Assembly (NCBI GenBank): GCA_947177615.1
Contig: CAMWUY010000001.1
Location: 12,828-76,827, forward strand
Direction: 5' to 3'
DNA: 64,000 nt
DNA from: an uncultured Porphyromonadaceae bacterium
GTDB lineage: Bacteria > Bacteroidota > Bacteroidia > Bacteroidales > Muribaculaceae
Positions 1-8,102 of the stretch are shown here, piece after piece (position 1 is the first letter of the stretch; the number at the start of each line of letters is the position of its first letter). A program made the translations under genes and the position numbers. Under the pieces are notes generated by a model. That model saw only the letters and a list, made by a program, of their open reading frames with translations, did not search any database and was not told where the DNA came from.

Positions 1-1154
1 GGAATCCTTATAGATGGCGTGAAGAGGCTTTTGACAATATTCAGCTCCCTTATGGCTTATTAGATTACATTGAGGAATGGCGCAAAGAGTCAAAAGCCGT
101 AGCCAAGGAAAATAGTTCCGAGGTCTATATAAAGTCTATGAGGGATTTTCTACCTCCAGCAAGTAAGATTCTAATTAAACTGATTATTGAGGAACTGATA
201 TATAATGTCATTCCCATGAAGCAATTTGATTTGAAGAGAATCGGGTTGGCCGGAGAGAATGTCAAACTTTTGGGTAACGGTAAAACCTTAGAAAATGTCG
301 ATGATATTTTTGTAAGAATCAATCAGGAAGCCAATGAAGAACGGATAAACAGTATTATTTATCCAACTTCTACTGAGCTTATCAAGATTGACCCTACAAA
401 GGCTGTTGCACAATATATAGAGGCTGGAGAGCTTTGTACCGTAGATGAGATACGGAACCTCGCTATCTGGTCTCAGAAAGAAGAATTGCGTAGGCAAAAG
501 CAAAAACTTCTGAATGAAGTCTATACCCGCGAAAGAATGAGGGCTGATGAAGAAAGGTTAAATAAAGTGCTATTTGACAATATCGAGAACCTTTATGAAG
601 TGGTATTCTCAGCAGACATAGTTTTTATGTGTATAGAGGACGAAAACGCCAGAACCTTTGGATCCTCAAATGAAAATGCCATCATTCAGATTTGCGATAC
701 CAGCCTTTTTAAGTCAACTTACTCCAAACAATATCTCACAAACTATCATATCAATAAGTTTAGAGATGAGTGGCATGTGGCAAATTGCATAATGTGTGAT
801 TGCGAGAACCCGGTCAATCTCCAGTTAAAAATCTATACCTATAAGGAGCTTTGTGGGATTCTTAAAATTAAACGTGAACAACTGCCATACACATTCCAGA
901 ATTATACCGCGAATCTCTATGTGCCTTATTTCGGTAATACGATTTTGGATAATGTGAATCCGGAGTACAAGGTGCTTGATCCCCGAAGCAGAGAACACCA
1001 ACATTACTATTCAATAGGTATTCCCCTGAATAAACGCTGTTTCAATAAACTCAGGAAGAAATACTGGAAGTATGAGAAGAGTCTCGTGATAATCAACTAT
1101 ACAAAAGGAACTATAAAAATTCAAGAATATGGAAACAACAATAACAACTGCTGA
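1..1154 (+). CDS. hypothetical phage protein, 5'-truncated by window edge
   Basis: The frame of ORF 138..1154 stays open back to position 3; no recognisable motif. Confidence 0.7.
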   Translation, partial: NPYRWREEAFDNIQLPYGLLDYIEEWRKESKAVAKENSSEVYIKSMRDFLPPASKILIKLIIEELIYNVIPMKQFDLKRIGLAGENVKLLGNGKTLENVDDIFVRINQEANEERINSIIYPTSTELIKIDPTKAVAQYIEAGELCTVDEIRNLAIWSQKEELRRQKQKLLNEVYTRERMRADEERLNKVLFDNIENLYEVVFSADIVFMCIEDENARTFGSSNENAIIQICDTSLFKSTYSKQYLTNYHINKFRDEWHVANCIMCDCENPVNLQLKIYTYKELCGILKIKREQLPYTFQNYTANLYVPYFGNTILDNVNPEYKVLDPRSREHQHYYSIGIPLNKRCFNKLRKKYWKYEKSLVIINYTKGTIKIQEYGNNNNNC

Positions 1155-1461
1155 TAATGCCCAAATCTATGCTCAATCCGTAATTGACAGTTTTGGAACC
1201 AGCGGTGTGCCTATTGGCATAAAAGACATAAAAAAGATGCTTGCAGAAGCATATCTGGTCGGTCTTTCCGATCAATGGAGAGACGCTTCAGACACGCCTC
1301 CAATAGATGAAGATGTGCTGGTTGATTACCCATACGAACACGGATATGCGGTTGCATACTATGATGGAGAGGATTGGTACCTTACCGAGACTGGAAGGTT
1401 GTTACGTCCGACACGCTGGATGCCTATTCCACCACATAATAAAACCAAGGAGAATGAGTAA
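1129..1461 (+). CDS. DUF551-like phage protein
   Basis: W..ASD.PP..E.VLV...W...THW/RWMPIP-type signature (QWRDASDTPP...PTRWMPIP). Confidence 0.7.
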   Translation: METTITTADNAQIYAQSVIDSFGTSGVPIGIKDIKKMLAEAYLVGLSDQWRDASDTPPIDEDVLVDYPYEHGYAVAYYDGEDWYLTETGRLLRPTRWMPIPPHNKTKENE

Positions 1462-1624
1462 CCGTAGATTTCGCAAATATCCTCAGACCATTGTTCTTCG
1501 ATGTCCTTGCTGCCAGGAAGTAAAATATGCACTTTGTCATTTTGACTCTACTGGTGAGGCAGAATATCACTGTGTTTGTGGGTATATCAGTAAGATAAAA
1601 CTCGCTAAACTAAATGACAAATGA
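1454..1624 (+). CDS. small zinc-ribbon protein
   Basis: ATG at 1454 overlaps the upstream stop; CPCC...CVCG. Confidence 0.55.
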   Translation: MSNRRFRKYPQTIVLRCPCCQEVKYALCHFDSTGEAEYHCVCGYISKIKLAKLNDK

Positions 1625-1941
1625 AAAAGATCGAATACATAGCGGAATACCAAGAACGAGAGAATGACCGTAAACAAACAGCCAAACTCTCATTAGGGAA
1701 TTACGCGAGTTGGGAAGAGGTGTTTAATAGCGATATTCTTTGGGGAAGTATCTATTTCATTGGAGGCGACACAATTACTTTGAAAAAAGATAAAAAATTC
1801 CCAACTAAAACCAAGAAAGTTACCTATTTTGATAGGAAAGAATCTTGGACTTATGTTCGTGTTCTCAGTATTACTAAACGTGAAATAATTACAACATCTA
1901 CAACAATATGGCAAGGAAATTCAAAATCAAAAGTTGTGTAA
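1621..1941 (+). CDS. hypothetical protein
   Basis: ATGA coupling to upstream gene. Confidence 0.6.
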   Translation: MKKIEYIAEYQERENDRKQTAKLSLGNYASWEEVFNSDILWGSIYFIGGDTITLKKDKKFPTKTKKVTYFDRKESWTYVRVLSITKREIITTSTTIWQGNSKSKVV

Positions 1942-2165
1942 AAACTTGTTCGGCTTGTCCGAGCCAGTGGGATATACATACCACTGATGGTCAGTATATC
2001 TATGCCCGATACCGTTGGGGTGGACTAACGCTCACACTCAATATGGGCCAACCTGATAGTCGGGTTATATATTCTGAAGGCATAGGAAGTGGTTTTGATG
2101 GTGTCCTATCAACACAAGAACTCAAAGATCATACTCGCTCCATTTTAGATTGGAGCCTAATCTAA
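1908..2165 (+). CDS. small phage hypothetical protein (TCxACPSQW motif)
   Basis: Tightly packed ORF; TCSACPSQW...Y.RYRWG motif typical of small phage proteins. Confidence 0.65.
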   Translation: MARKFKIKSCVKTCSACPSQWDIHTTDGQYIYARYRWGGLTLTLNMGQPDSRVIYSEGIGSGFDGVLSTQELKDHTRSILDWSLI

Positions 2166-2173
2166 AGTAGAAT

Positions 2174-2395
2174 ATGGAAGATCTAACCTTAGAGCAACTT
2201 TACCAACTTCTGAAGCAGATGCGTAAAGTTAAGAAAAATCGTGATAAAAAAGTACAAATATGGTTTTGGAGCAAGAAAGCCCAGGCTGGTGCTTGTGTTT
2301 GTGATAAAGTCGGCGCTGTAATAGATGCCGGCAATTATTATGAAACACGAGAAGAAAACTCAACTATTCCAGTGATAAAAATTGAAGAGCGATAA
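2174..2395 (+). CDS. hypothetical protein
   Basis: Operon packing. Confidence 0.55.
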   Translation: MEDLTLEQLYQLLKQMRKVKKNRDKKVQIWFWSKKAQAGACVCDKVGAVIDAGNYYETREENSTIPVIKIEER

Positions 2396-2401
2396 AAGTA
2401 A

Positions 2402-2782
2402 ATGATGAGCAATAGGATGAGACGTAAAAAGAACGGCACATGGTATTTGTTGCAATTAGACCGTTGTCACTACTTTCCTAAAATCAATCATAATGCAGTG
2501 ATTAAAAGTTTATTCCGACAGGCTATGAAACTATCTCTTACTCAATTCTCCGATCAAGAACTTAAAGATGAATTAAAACGTCGAGAAAAAGAGCGTCGTT
2601 CACAATTCCCTCCTAATATTCGATGTCGTGATTGCAAGCACTGCATTAAAGGCTTGACGTTCAAACATCAGGTCATTCCAACAACCGTTTGTCGAATGAA
2701 ACCTAAGCCATCTCAGGGGCCGGATAGATACTATTCAACCGTATGCTCTCTTAGAGCGTGTGATAAATTTGAAACTAAATAA
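2402..2782 (+). CDS. Cys-rich hypothetical protein (true start may be MKLSL at 2525)
   Basis: CRDCKHC...C...C...C; operon packing. Confidence 0.55.
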   Translation: MMSNRMRRKKNGTWYLLQLDRCHYFPKINHNAVIKSLFRQAMKLSLTQFSDQELKDELKRREKERRSQFPPNIRCRDCKHCIKGLTFKHQVIPTTVCRMKPKPSQGPDRYYSTVCSLRACDKFETK

Positions 2783-2784
2783 TT

Positions 2785-3042
2785 ATGGCAGCAAAAGATT
2801 ATGTGTTTTGTAAAGCGGCATTGACTGGTCACATTTATCTGACAAGGAAAATAAAGTCTAAAGATGTGATGAGTCAGGATAGAAGGCTGGTAGAGGATCA
2901 TGAGGCAATCGGATGTTTTGAAGCCTATCTCAGACGATATTGCGAAAAGAATAACACTGATGCGCTCAATGTTACCAACTCCAAAGGAGAAGTCCTTTTT
3001 ACAGCAACCCTAAAAAAGCGAGATGATGGAACTGAAAACTAA
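2785..3042 (+). CDS. hypothetical protein
   Basis: Operon packing. Confidence 0.6.
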   Translation: MAAKDYVFCKAALTGHIYLTRKIKSKDVMSQDRRLVEDHEAIGCFEAYLRRYCEKNNTDALNVTNSKGEVLFTATLKKRDDGTEN

Positions 3043-3376
3043 AGTGGCTCAAATTTTCAGAAAATGGGCCGATAAATTAAATCCGCCTGCCGAGGTTCTG
3101 GAAATGGATTATAGGGTCATGTTACCTCATTTTCTTTCTGTGCCACATGAGATTCAGACCCTTATGGTTAAGAGAGAAATCTTGACTTCTTATATAGAGA
3201 GATATGGGAAAGAGTTTGATGTAGATAAAAGAATGAAGGAAGAAGTTGCAGATTTAATAGCAAAAGAACTATTATCTCACAACTCCATTAAATTCACCAT
3301 TGAAGAAAAGTATGGTATGGTGGAATATGTAGGAGTAGTCAACCTCATCCAACTCAATAATGACAATATAATATAG
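3023..3376 (+). CDS. hypothetical protein
   Basis: Operon packing. Confidence 0.6.
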   Translation: MMELKTKVAQIFRKWADKLNPPAEVLEMDYRVMLPHFLSVPHEIQTLMVKREILTSYIERYGKEFDVDKRMKEEVADLIAKELLSHNSIKFTIEEKYGMVEYVGVVNLIQLNNDNII

Positions 3377-3411
3377 CCTTGGGCGGCTTAATAAAACCCA
3401 AAAGAAACAAT

Positions 3412-4428
3412 ATGGAGACAATCAAAATCGAAAAATTCCCATCTATCGAAGGCGTGGCTAAAGACTTCGCCGCAAGAGCAGTTGAAGGCTGTGAGGGTAA
3501 TATTGACCTCGAAAAGTGTGAAAAGCAGATCGCATTTGCTGTTGACTATGGTCACGAAAATGCCTGGCAGCAGCTTGACACTATGGACTTCGGCGATGCA
3601 ATCAGGGCACTCAAAGCCGGCGCTAAAGTGGCCCGTAAGGGCTGGAACCCAAATTCAAATCGACCTCCGATTGTTCCTCCTATACCCACCTACATTCCAA
3701 CGAATAGGGTGGAGTATGTACCGGAATATGATTTAACTTATATTCTACTTTCTGATGGAAACATTGCGGTTTGCGATGGAAGCCAATATGAATTGGTGCG
3801 CCAGCATAAATGGACCTCTTGTAAAGGCAAATATGCAATGTTTACCGACAACTCGTCTAATCCACGCAAAACGATTAAGTTGCATAACTATATTATGCCT
3901 ACTATGGATGGCTATGTGATTGATCATATTAATGGCAACGGCTTAGACTGTCGTTCAGTAAATATGCGATATGCTTCATGTAAAGAGAATTGTCGCAACA
4001 AATCAAGCAAATGCAACTCTACCAGCTGTTATTTAGGCGTATCAATCGACAGAAGTCGTAATCAGTGGATCGCCTCTATTCAAGTTGATGGGCAAAGTAA
4101 GCATTTGGGAAGATATGACGACGAAGTTGAAGCGGCGATCGCTTATGATAACGCAGCAGTGGAGTATTATGGTCAATTCGCTCGTCTAAATTTCCCTAAT
4201 AAAAATTTTAATGGCGCACAGCCGTTTCTCTGGCTCAAACCTGCTGCCACCGTCAAATCCGAATGGTGTAAGGATCCTATGCTGAAGAAGCTGGCCGATG
4301 ATAATGGCGGCACTATCGAGGCTGCTGGCACTATCTGCATGTTCACTGCCCAGCACCAGATTCTCACCGGCTGGCTGGCCTCCCAGACTGATGTGCTTGC
4401 TGAGGATTGGGTAATCGTTGTAGAATGA
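3412..4428 (+). CDS. DUF2829 (Tad2-like anti-Thoeris sponge family) protein with in-frame HNH-AP2 endonuclease insertion
   Basis: MDFGDAIRALKAGAKVARKGWN ... FLWL ... GWLASQTDVLAEDW are the DUF2829 ends; the middle carries IDHINGNGLDCR.VNMR (HNH_3) and YLGVS..R..WIASI..DG..KHLGRY.DEVEAA.AYD.AA (AP2). Confidence 0.85.
   Translation: METIKIEKFPSIEGVAKDFAARAVEGCEGNIDLEKCEKQIAFAVDYGHENAWQQLDTMDFGDAIRALKAGAKVARKGWNPNSNRPPIVPPIPTYIPTNRVEYVPEYDLTYILLSDGNIAVCDGSQYELVRQHKWTSCKGKYAMFTDNSSNPRKTIKLHNYIMPTMDGYVIDHINGNGLDCRSVNMRYASCKENCRNKSSKCNSTSCYLGVSIDRSRNQWIASIQVDGQSKHLGRYDDEVEAAIAYDNAAVEYYGQFARLNFPNKNFNGAQPFLWLKPAATVKSEWCKDPMLKKLADDNGGTIEAAGTICMFTAQHQILTGWLASQTDVLAEDWVIVVE
3649..4212 (+). mobile_element. 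HNH-AP2 homing-endonuclease-like in-frame insert (188 aa)
   Basis: Sits between GWN and GAQPFLWL of DUF2829; codons look more AT-rich than the flanks. Confidence 0.7.
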
Positions 4429-4703
4429 CTATACGCCTGACAACACCAGAACTTTTGAATAAGGTTCTGGATAAGTTAAAACAAGATCCACTCTACAATG
4501 AAGAAGCCAATGCTTCATTTTTCAAATATTGTTGCGATGATATTCGTGAGGGGCTGGCTAATGGCACTGATGAGTGGTATCTTGATGTAGATTGGTTGTA
4601 TGACCAGCGAGTCGGAAAAGTAGCGTTAATCATACGCTATCATAAGCGTTCTGATATACTAACTGATAAAGAATACCTCAATGATGACAGTAGCATGGAA
4701 TAA
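4425..4703 (+). CDS. hypothetical protein
   Basis: ATGA overlap with the upstream stop (MTIRL start). Confidence 0.6.
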   Translation: MTIRLTTPELLNKVLDKLKQDPLYNEEANASFFKYCCDDIREGLANGTDEWYLDVDWLYDQRVGKVALIIRYHKRSDILTDKEYLNDDSSME

Positions 4704-5082
4704 TGTCACTTTTATCAACAAAGAGACTGGCGAGGAAATCAAATTCGATCCCAACTCTATATCTCATTTTTCTTGTGATGACTGTAACGATGATGAGATT
4801 AAACAATCAATCAACGTGCAAAACTCATATAAATTTGAGTGTACCATAAAAGATCCTGTGACGGAGGACCTAAAGAAATTCTTTGAAGGCGATACAAGAT
4901 GGAAAACAGCTTGCCGCCTATCAGATCAACTAAATGACCTTATAGAAGAGTACCATGTCCCCGGCACTCCACGCAGAGAGCGTAGAGCCATCAAACGAGA
5001 ATTTGATAAGATATTTGCAATTTTCCGCAAACACTGTCAGAAAAGTGGAATAGAATATTCTTTCCAGCAACCCAATAAATGA
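4681..5082 (+). CDS. hypothetical protein
   Basis: Operon packing; followed by a terminator. Confidence 0.65.
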   Translation: MMTVAWNNVTFINKETGEEIKFDPNSISHFSCDDCNDDEIKQSINVQNSYKFECTIKDPVTEDLKKFFEGDTRWKTACRLSDQLNDLIEEYHVPGTPRRERRAIKREFDKIFAIFRKHCQKSGIEYSFQQPNK

Positions 5083-5083
5083 G

Positions 5084-5120
5084 AATGGGGGTAGTCATTA
5101 ATTGACCGCCCCCATTTTTT
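5084..5120. terminator. hairpin terminator between convergent genes
   Basis: aatgggggtagtc / gaccgcccccatt stem followed by a T run. Confidence 0.75.
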
Positions 5121-6381
5121 AGAACTTCATCGCCGCCAGCACCTTGTTCCGGCTGGCCACGTCACCTTGATTGTTGTAGTAGATCTTCTCACAGTTCTCT
5201 ATACTGGTGCCCATCATATTCGACACATATATGACCGGTACCCCCTTACTTATATAATGTGTTATCGCTGTATGTCGGAAAGTGTAGGTGTGCAGCGGAA
5301 AAGAACAACCCAGTGCCTTACCGACTTTTTTGAGCCAGTTGTTCAAATTCCCTATAAAGTGTTTTATGTCACCATTATTGGTGGTCTGAGTTTTCAACTT
5401 CTCCTTGTTACGAATCGGAAAAATATAGCCGTCCTTGGCTAATCTTCTCCACCGTAGCATAATGCGGTCAAGCTCTGTATTGATTGGAACAGAGCAGGGT
5501 ACCGCTTGCTTCTCGGCAATCTTTCTGCGGTTAAAGACAAAGTGGCTTATGCCTCCGATCTTCTTGATGTCCGAATACCGAAGAGCGATTGCATCACAAG
5601 CAGATTGGCCGGTATAGAGTATGAAGAGACAGAAATCCCGGTACAACTCATTGAGAGGCGATTTCGATATTGAGGATAGATCCAGCGTAGTGAACTTCTG
5701 ACACTGTTCTTCAGTGAGGGTGTGAAACTTCTGAGAGCTGGCACTTGGTTTCTTGAACCAGTTGCATTTTTTGAAATCCTCTGCTTTCAGATACCCCTCT
5801 TTGTCGGCTTTCATAATCAACGAGTGCAGTATCTTCGAGACATAGCACATTCCTGTGCCTTTACGCGCGCGCTCGACCCATTCAAAGACACTATTCACGA
5901 AAGCGGCATTAATCTCAGTGATCAGAAGTTTGGAGTATTTGATCTTCTTTGCCTTGCAGAACTCCTGAAGTCTTTTATCGCATTTCAGGTAGTTCTCAAA
6001 ACTGCCCTTTCCTGAGCCGTCTGCGTGCTTGTTTTTGTTGAGCTGGGCAACTACATACTGGATAAACTCTGAGACCGTGAGAGCCTTCCTGACGGGCTCT
6101 GTGGCCGTCTCCATTGCAGCGACCATACCAAAGACACTGCCGGTCCAGTTAATAGCCATTTCATCGAACTTCTGCCGGAACTGAACAAGTATGGCATTGT
6201 TCTCATCACTGAAGGGGCAGCTGGGTATAAAGAGCTGCTTCTTTTGATTCCAGTGTTTTTTCTGGATGGCTCCTTTCAGCATTTTGGTGACGTTGATAAA
6301 CTTCGTCTCGCCGTCCTGATAGAGCCTCAATCTGAGTTGGAACCCTTTAGTTCCGAACATCTGATAGTTGATTGTAATCAT
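5119..6381 (-). CDS. int: tyrosine integrase (Bacteroidetes Arm + SAM-like + catalytic domains)
   Basis: HTYTFRHT...ISKG.P...VS.MMGTS..N..KIY catalytic region; N-terminal Arm_5-like LRL...G.TKFI. Confidence 0.9.
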   Translation of the reverse strand: MITINYQMFGTKGFQLRLRLYQDGETKFINVTKMLKGAIQKKHWNQKKQLFIPSCPFSDENNAILVQFRQKFDEMAINWTGSVFGMVAAMETATEPVRKALTVSEFIQYVVAQLNKNKHADGSGKGSFENYLKCDKRLQEFCKAKKIKYSKLLITEINAAFVNSVFEWVERARKGTGMCYVSKILHSLIMKADKEGYLKAEDFKKCNWFKKPSASSQKFHTLTEEQCQKFTTLDLSSISKSPLNELYRDFCLFILYTGQSACDAIALRYSDIKKIGGISHFVFNRRKIAEKQAVPCSVPINTELDRIMLRWRRLAKDGYIFPIRNKEKLKTQTTNNGDIKHFIGNLNNWLKKVGKALGCSFPLHTYTFRHTAITHYISKGVPVIYVSNMMGTSIENCEKIYYNNQGDVASRNKVLAAMKF

Positions 6382-6590
6382 TACGTTGCTTTAATCAGTT
6401 AGTGAAGGCGCTTCGTCTGTCACAAAATATGCACATCACTGACTGGATCAAGCCACAAACTGCGAAAACACCCCAAAGTGTACAGGGTATTGACAGAACT
6501 TAGGGTGGGCTAACCCTAAGATAATCAGATAAAAAGAAGAAAGTCAATTCACACTTAGTGTACAGTGTAAACTGACTTTCATCATTTGGG

Positions 6591-6603
6591 TGGTGCCACC
6601 AGG
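6591..6603 (-). other. putative attP core identical to the 3' end of a tRNA (tRNA-Phe-like CCTGGTGGCACCA)
   Basis: tggtgccaccagg upstream of int; flanked by the imperfect repeat TGTCA(C/T)A(A/C)AATATGCACA at 6418-6435 and 6671-6688. Confidence 0.7.
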
Positions 6604-6731
6604 GGACACCGACTCTATATCTCTTTTATGCTGATAATCAGTCAGTTTTCGCTCTATTGCGATTAAATTTTGTCATACAATATGCACAAGTTGTGTCACA
6701 ACTCCGCGTTTTGTGATGCAAAATTAGCTAT

Positions 6732-6780
6732 AAAATTTGAATTTTAAGACCTATTATTTCATCAAAATTTGAATTTTAAG
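6732..6780. repeat. 17-bp perfect direct repeat AAAATTTGAATTTTAAG (6732-6748, 6764-6780)
   Basis: Read directly from the sequence. Confidence 0.85.
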
Positions 6781-6882
6781 CCTCTCAAAAGCCCTATAAG
6801 TGTTAAATATAGTTAAGAAATAAGGCGATCAACCAGCTTTTACACCAGAATGACCGCCTTGCCAGGCAAGAAAGAAAATTGT

Positions 6883-8082
6883 TCAAATTAGCCAAGGATT
6901 TTCGTTTGGATCATAACTTCTCTGAAAAGTCTCCAATGCCCAGTCCACTTTAGGAGCGCACGAATCATGCTCCCTCTTTCTCGGTAACTGAGGATTAATT
7001 TTGAACTTTGAGGCATTGTAGAGCCACTGTATCGAGTCCTCATAAGCCCAACGCCGTGTCTCAGGAATATTGGTGGCAGAAATGATAGAGTGAAGATGAT
7101 AAAGAGCGATACGGCTCAGATGGGCCACGATATTTGCGTTTCTCGGATCATCCCGTGTAATGTTCACACCATCCACCAGCTCATCCGGGTTAGGATTCAG
7201 GACTGGATAGAAAACAGTGCCTTCTGCTACGACATAATCAAAAACGCCTTCTGAATAATCGTACTCCAGCTCTTCTGAATATTCTCCGATAAGACCCCAA
7301 CGATCATCTTCCTCTGGTGTCAATACTATTTCGTCGGCTGGCAAATCAGGGATAGGCTCTTGCTCATCCTCATTGACTTCTCCACCGCCCTCTTCCTCTT
7401 CATTTTGTAAAGAGATTTCCGGGTCATCATCAGGTAATGGCTCTATTGGCTCCGGCTCTTCAGGCAGAGGTTCGGGATTCTCTGTCGGCTCTTCAGTTTC
7501 CGGCTCTCCAAGGAACTGATAGAACTGTTCGTTAAAAGAGCAAACCTGATCTTTCTCCCATTCCATATTGGGCTCCCAAGGAATAATCTCAGCTTCACGC
7601 CACGCTTTTACACCGGGCATGTGTATGTCTCCCTTCTCAAAACCATGAGGAATCATACACTGCCAGTATTCAGTGCCAAATTTCACGATTTCGCCTTTGG
7701 GGTACATCCTAAGCTGGGAATACTTATGCGCATGGTCAATTAACCTGGGATCAACAAAATCAACCACCTGACGCCAGTATTCAAGTTTTGTCGGCTTCTT
7801 ATAGCCATTGATACGCATCAGGGTTTTGAAAATCTCCTCATCTTTCTTAATCCAAGTATTTACCGGATAAGAAACATAAGGGCTATACTCGCGGATGTTT
7901 TTACCCACTGCCAGTACCTTTTCTATTTCATAATACTGGTCGAGATATTCCAGCATTTGCATCTCGGCACGTTGCTCGGCTTGTGGGAAACGCTCTGGAA
8001 CGTCTCGGATAAGCTGCTTCATGTGCTCTCCAGTAGCAATGCAGTAGTAATCCCTATTTGTTAGAAAACGATGGTATGTCAT
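6883..8082 (-). CDS. head-tail adaptor (DUF1320/Mu gp36-like) with inserted aromatic modules and an acidic linker
   Basis: AE..A......YL...Y at the N-terminus and DPRN..IV..L..IALY.LH......IPE.R...YED.I.WL at the C-terminus. Confidence 0.65.
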   Translation of the reverse strand: MTYHRFLTNRDYYCIATGEHMKQLIRDVPERFPQAEQRAEMQMLEYLDQYYEIEKVLAVGKNIREYSPYVSYPVNTWIKKDEEIFKTLMRINGYKKPTKLEYWRQVVDFVDPRLIDHAHKYSQLRMYPKGEIVKFGTEYWQCMIPHGFEKGDIHMPGVKAWREAEIIPWEPNMEWEKDQVCSFNEQFYQFLGEPETEEPTENPEPLPEEPEPIEPLPDDDPEISLQNEEEEGGGEVNEDEQEPIPDLPADEIVLTPEEDDRWGLIGEYSEELEYDYSEGVFDYVVAEGTVFYPVLNPNPDELVDGVNITRDDPRNANIVAHLSRIALYHLHSIISATNIPETRRWAYEDSIQWLYNASKFKINPQLPRKREHDSCAPKVDWALETFQRSYDPNENPWLI

Positions 8083-8102
8083 ATAATTTTGCTGTTTATT
8101 TA

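Noticed and set aside
3649-4212. Intein or group I intron in DUF2829
   Set aside because: No N-terminal Cys/Ser, no Hint blocks, +1 residue is Gly, and there is no non-coding space for a ribozyme core
6560-6640. Complete tRNA gene
   Set aside because: Only the last ~13 nt match; no T-loop, anticodon arm or D arm
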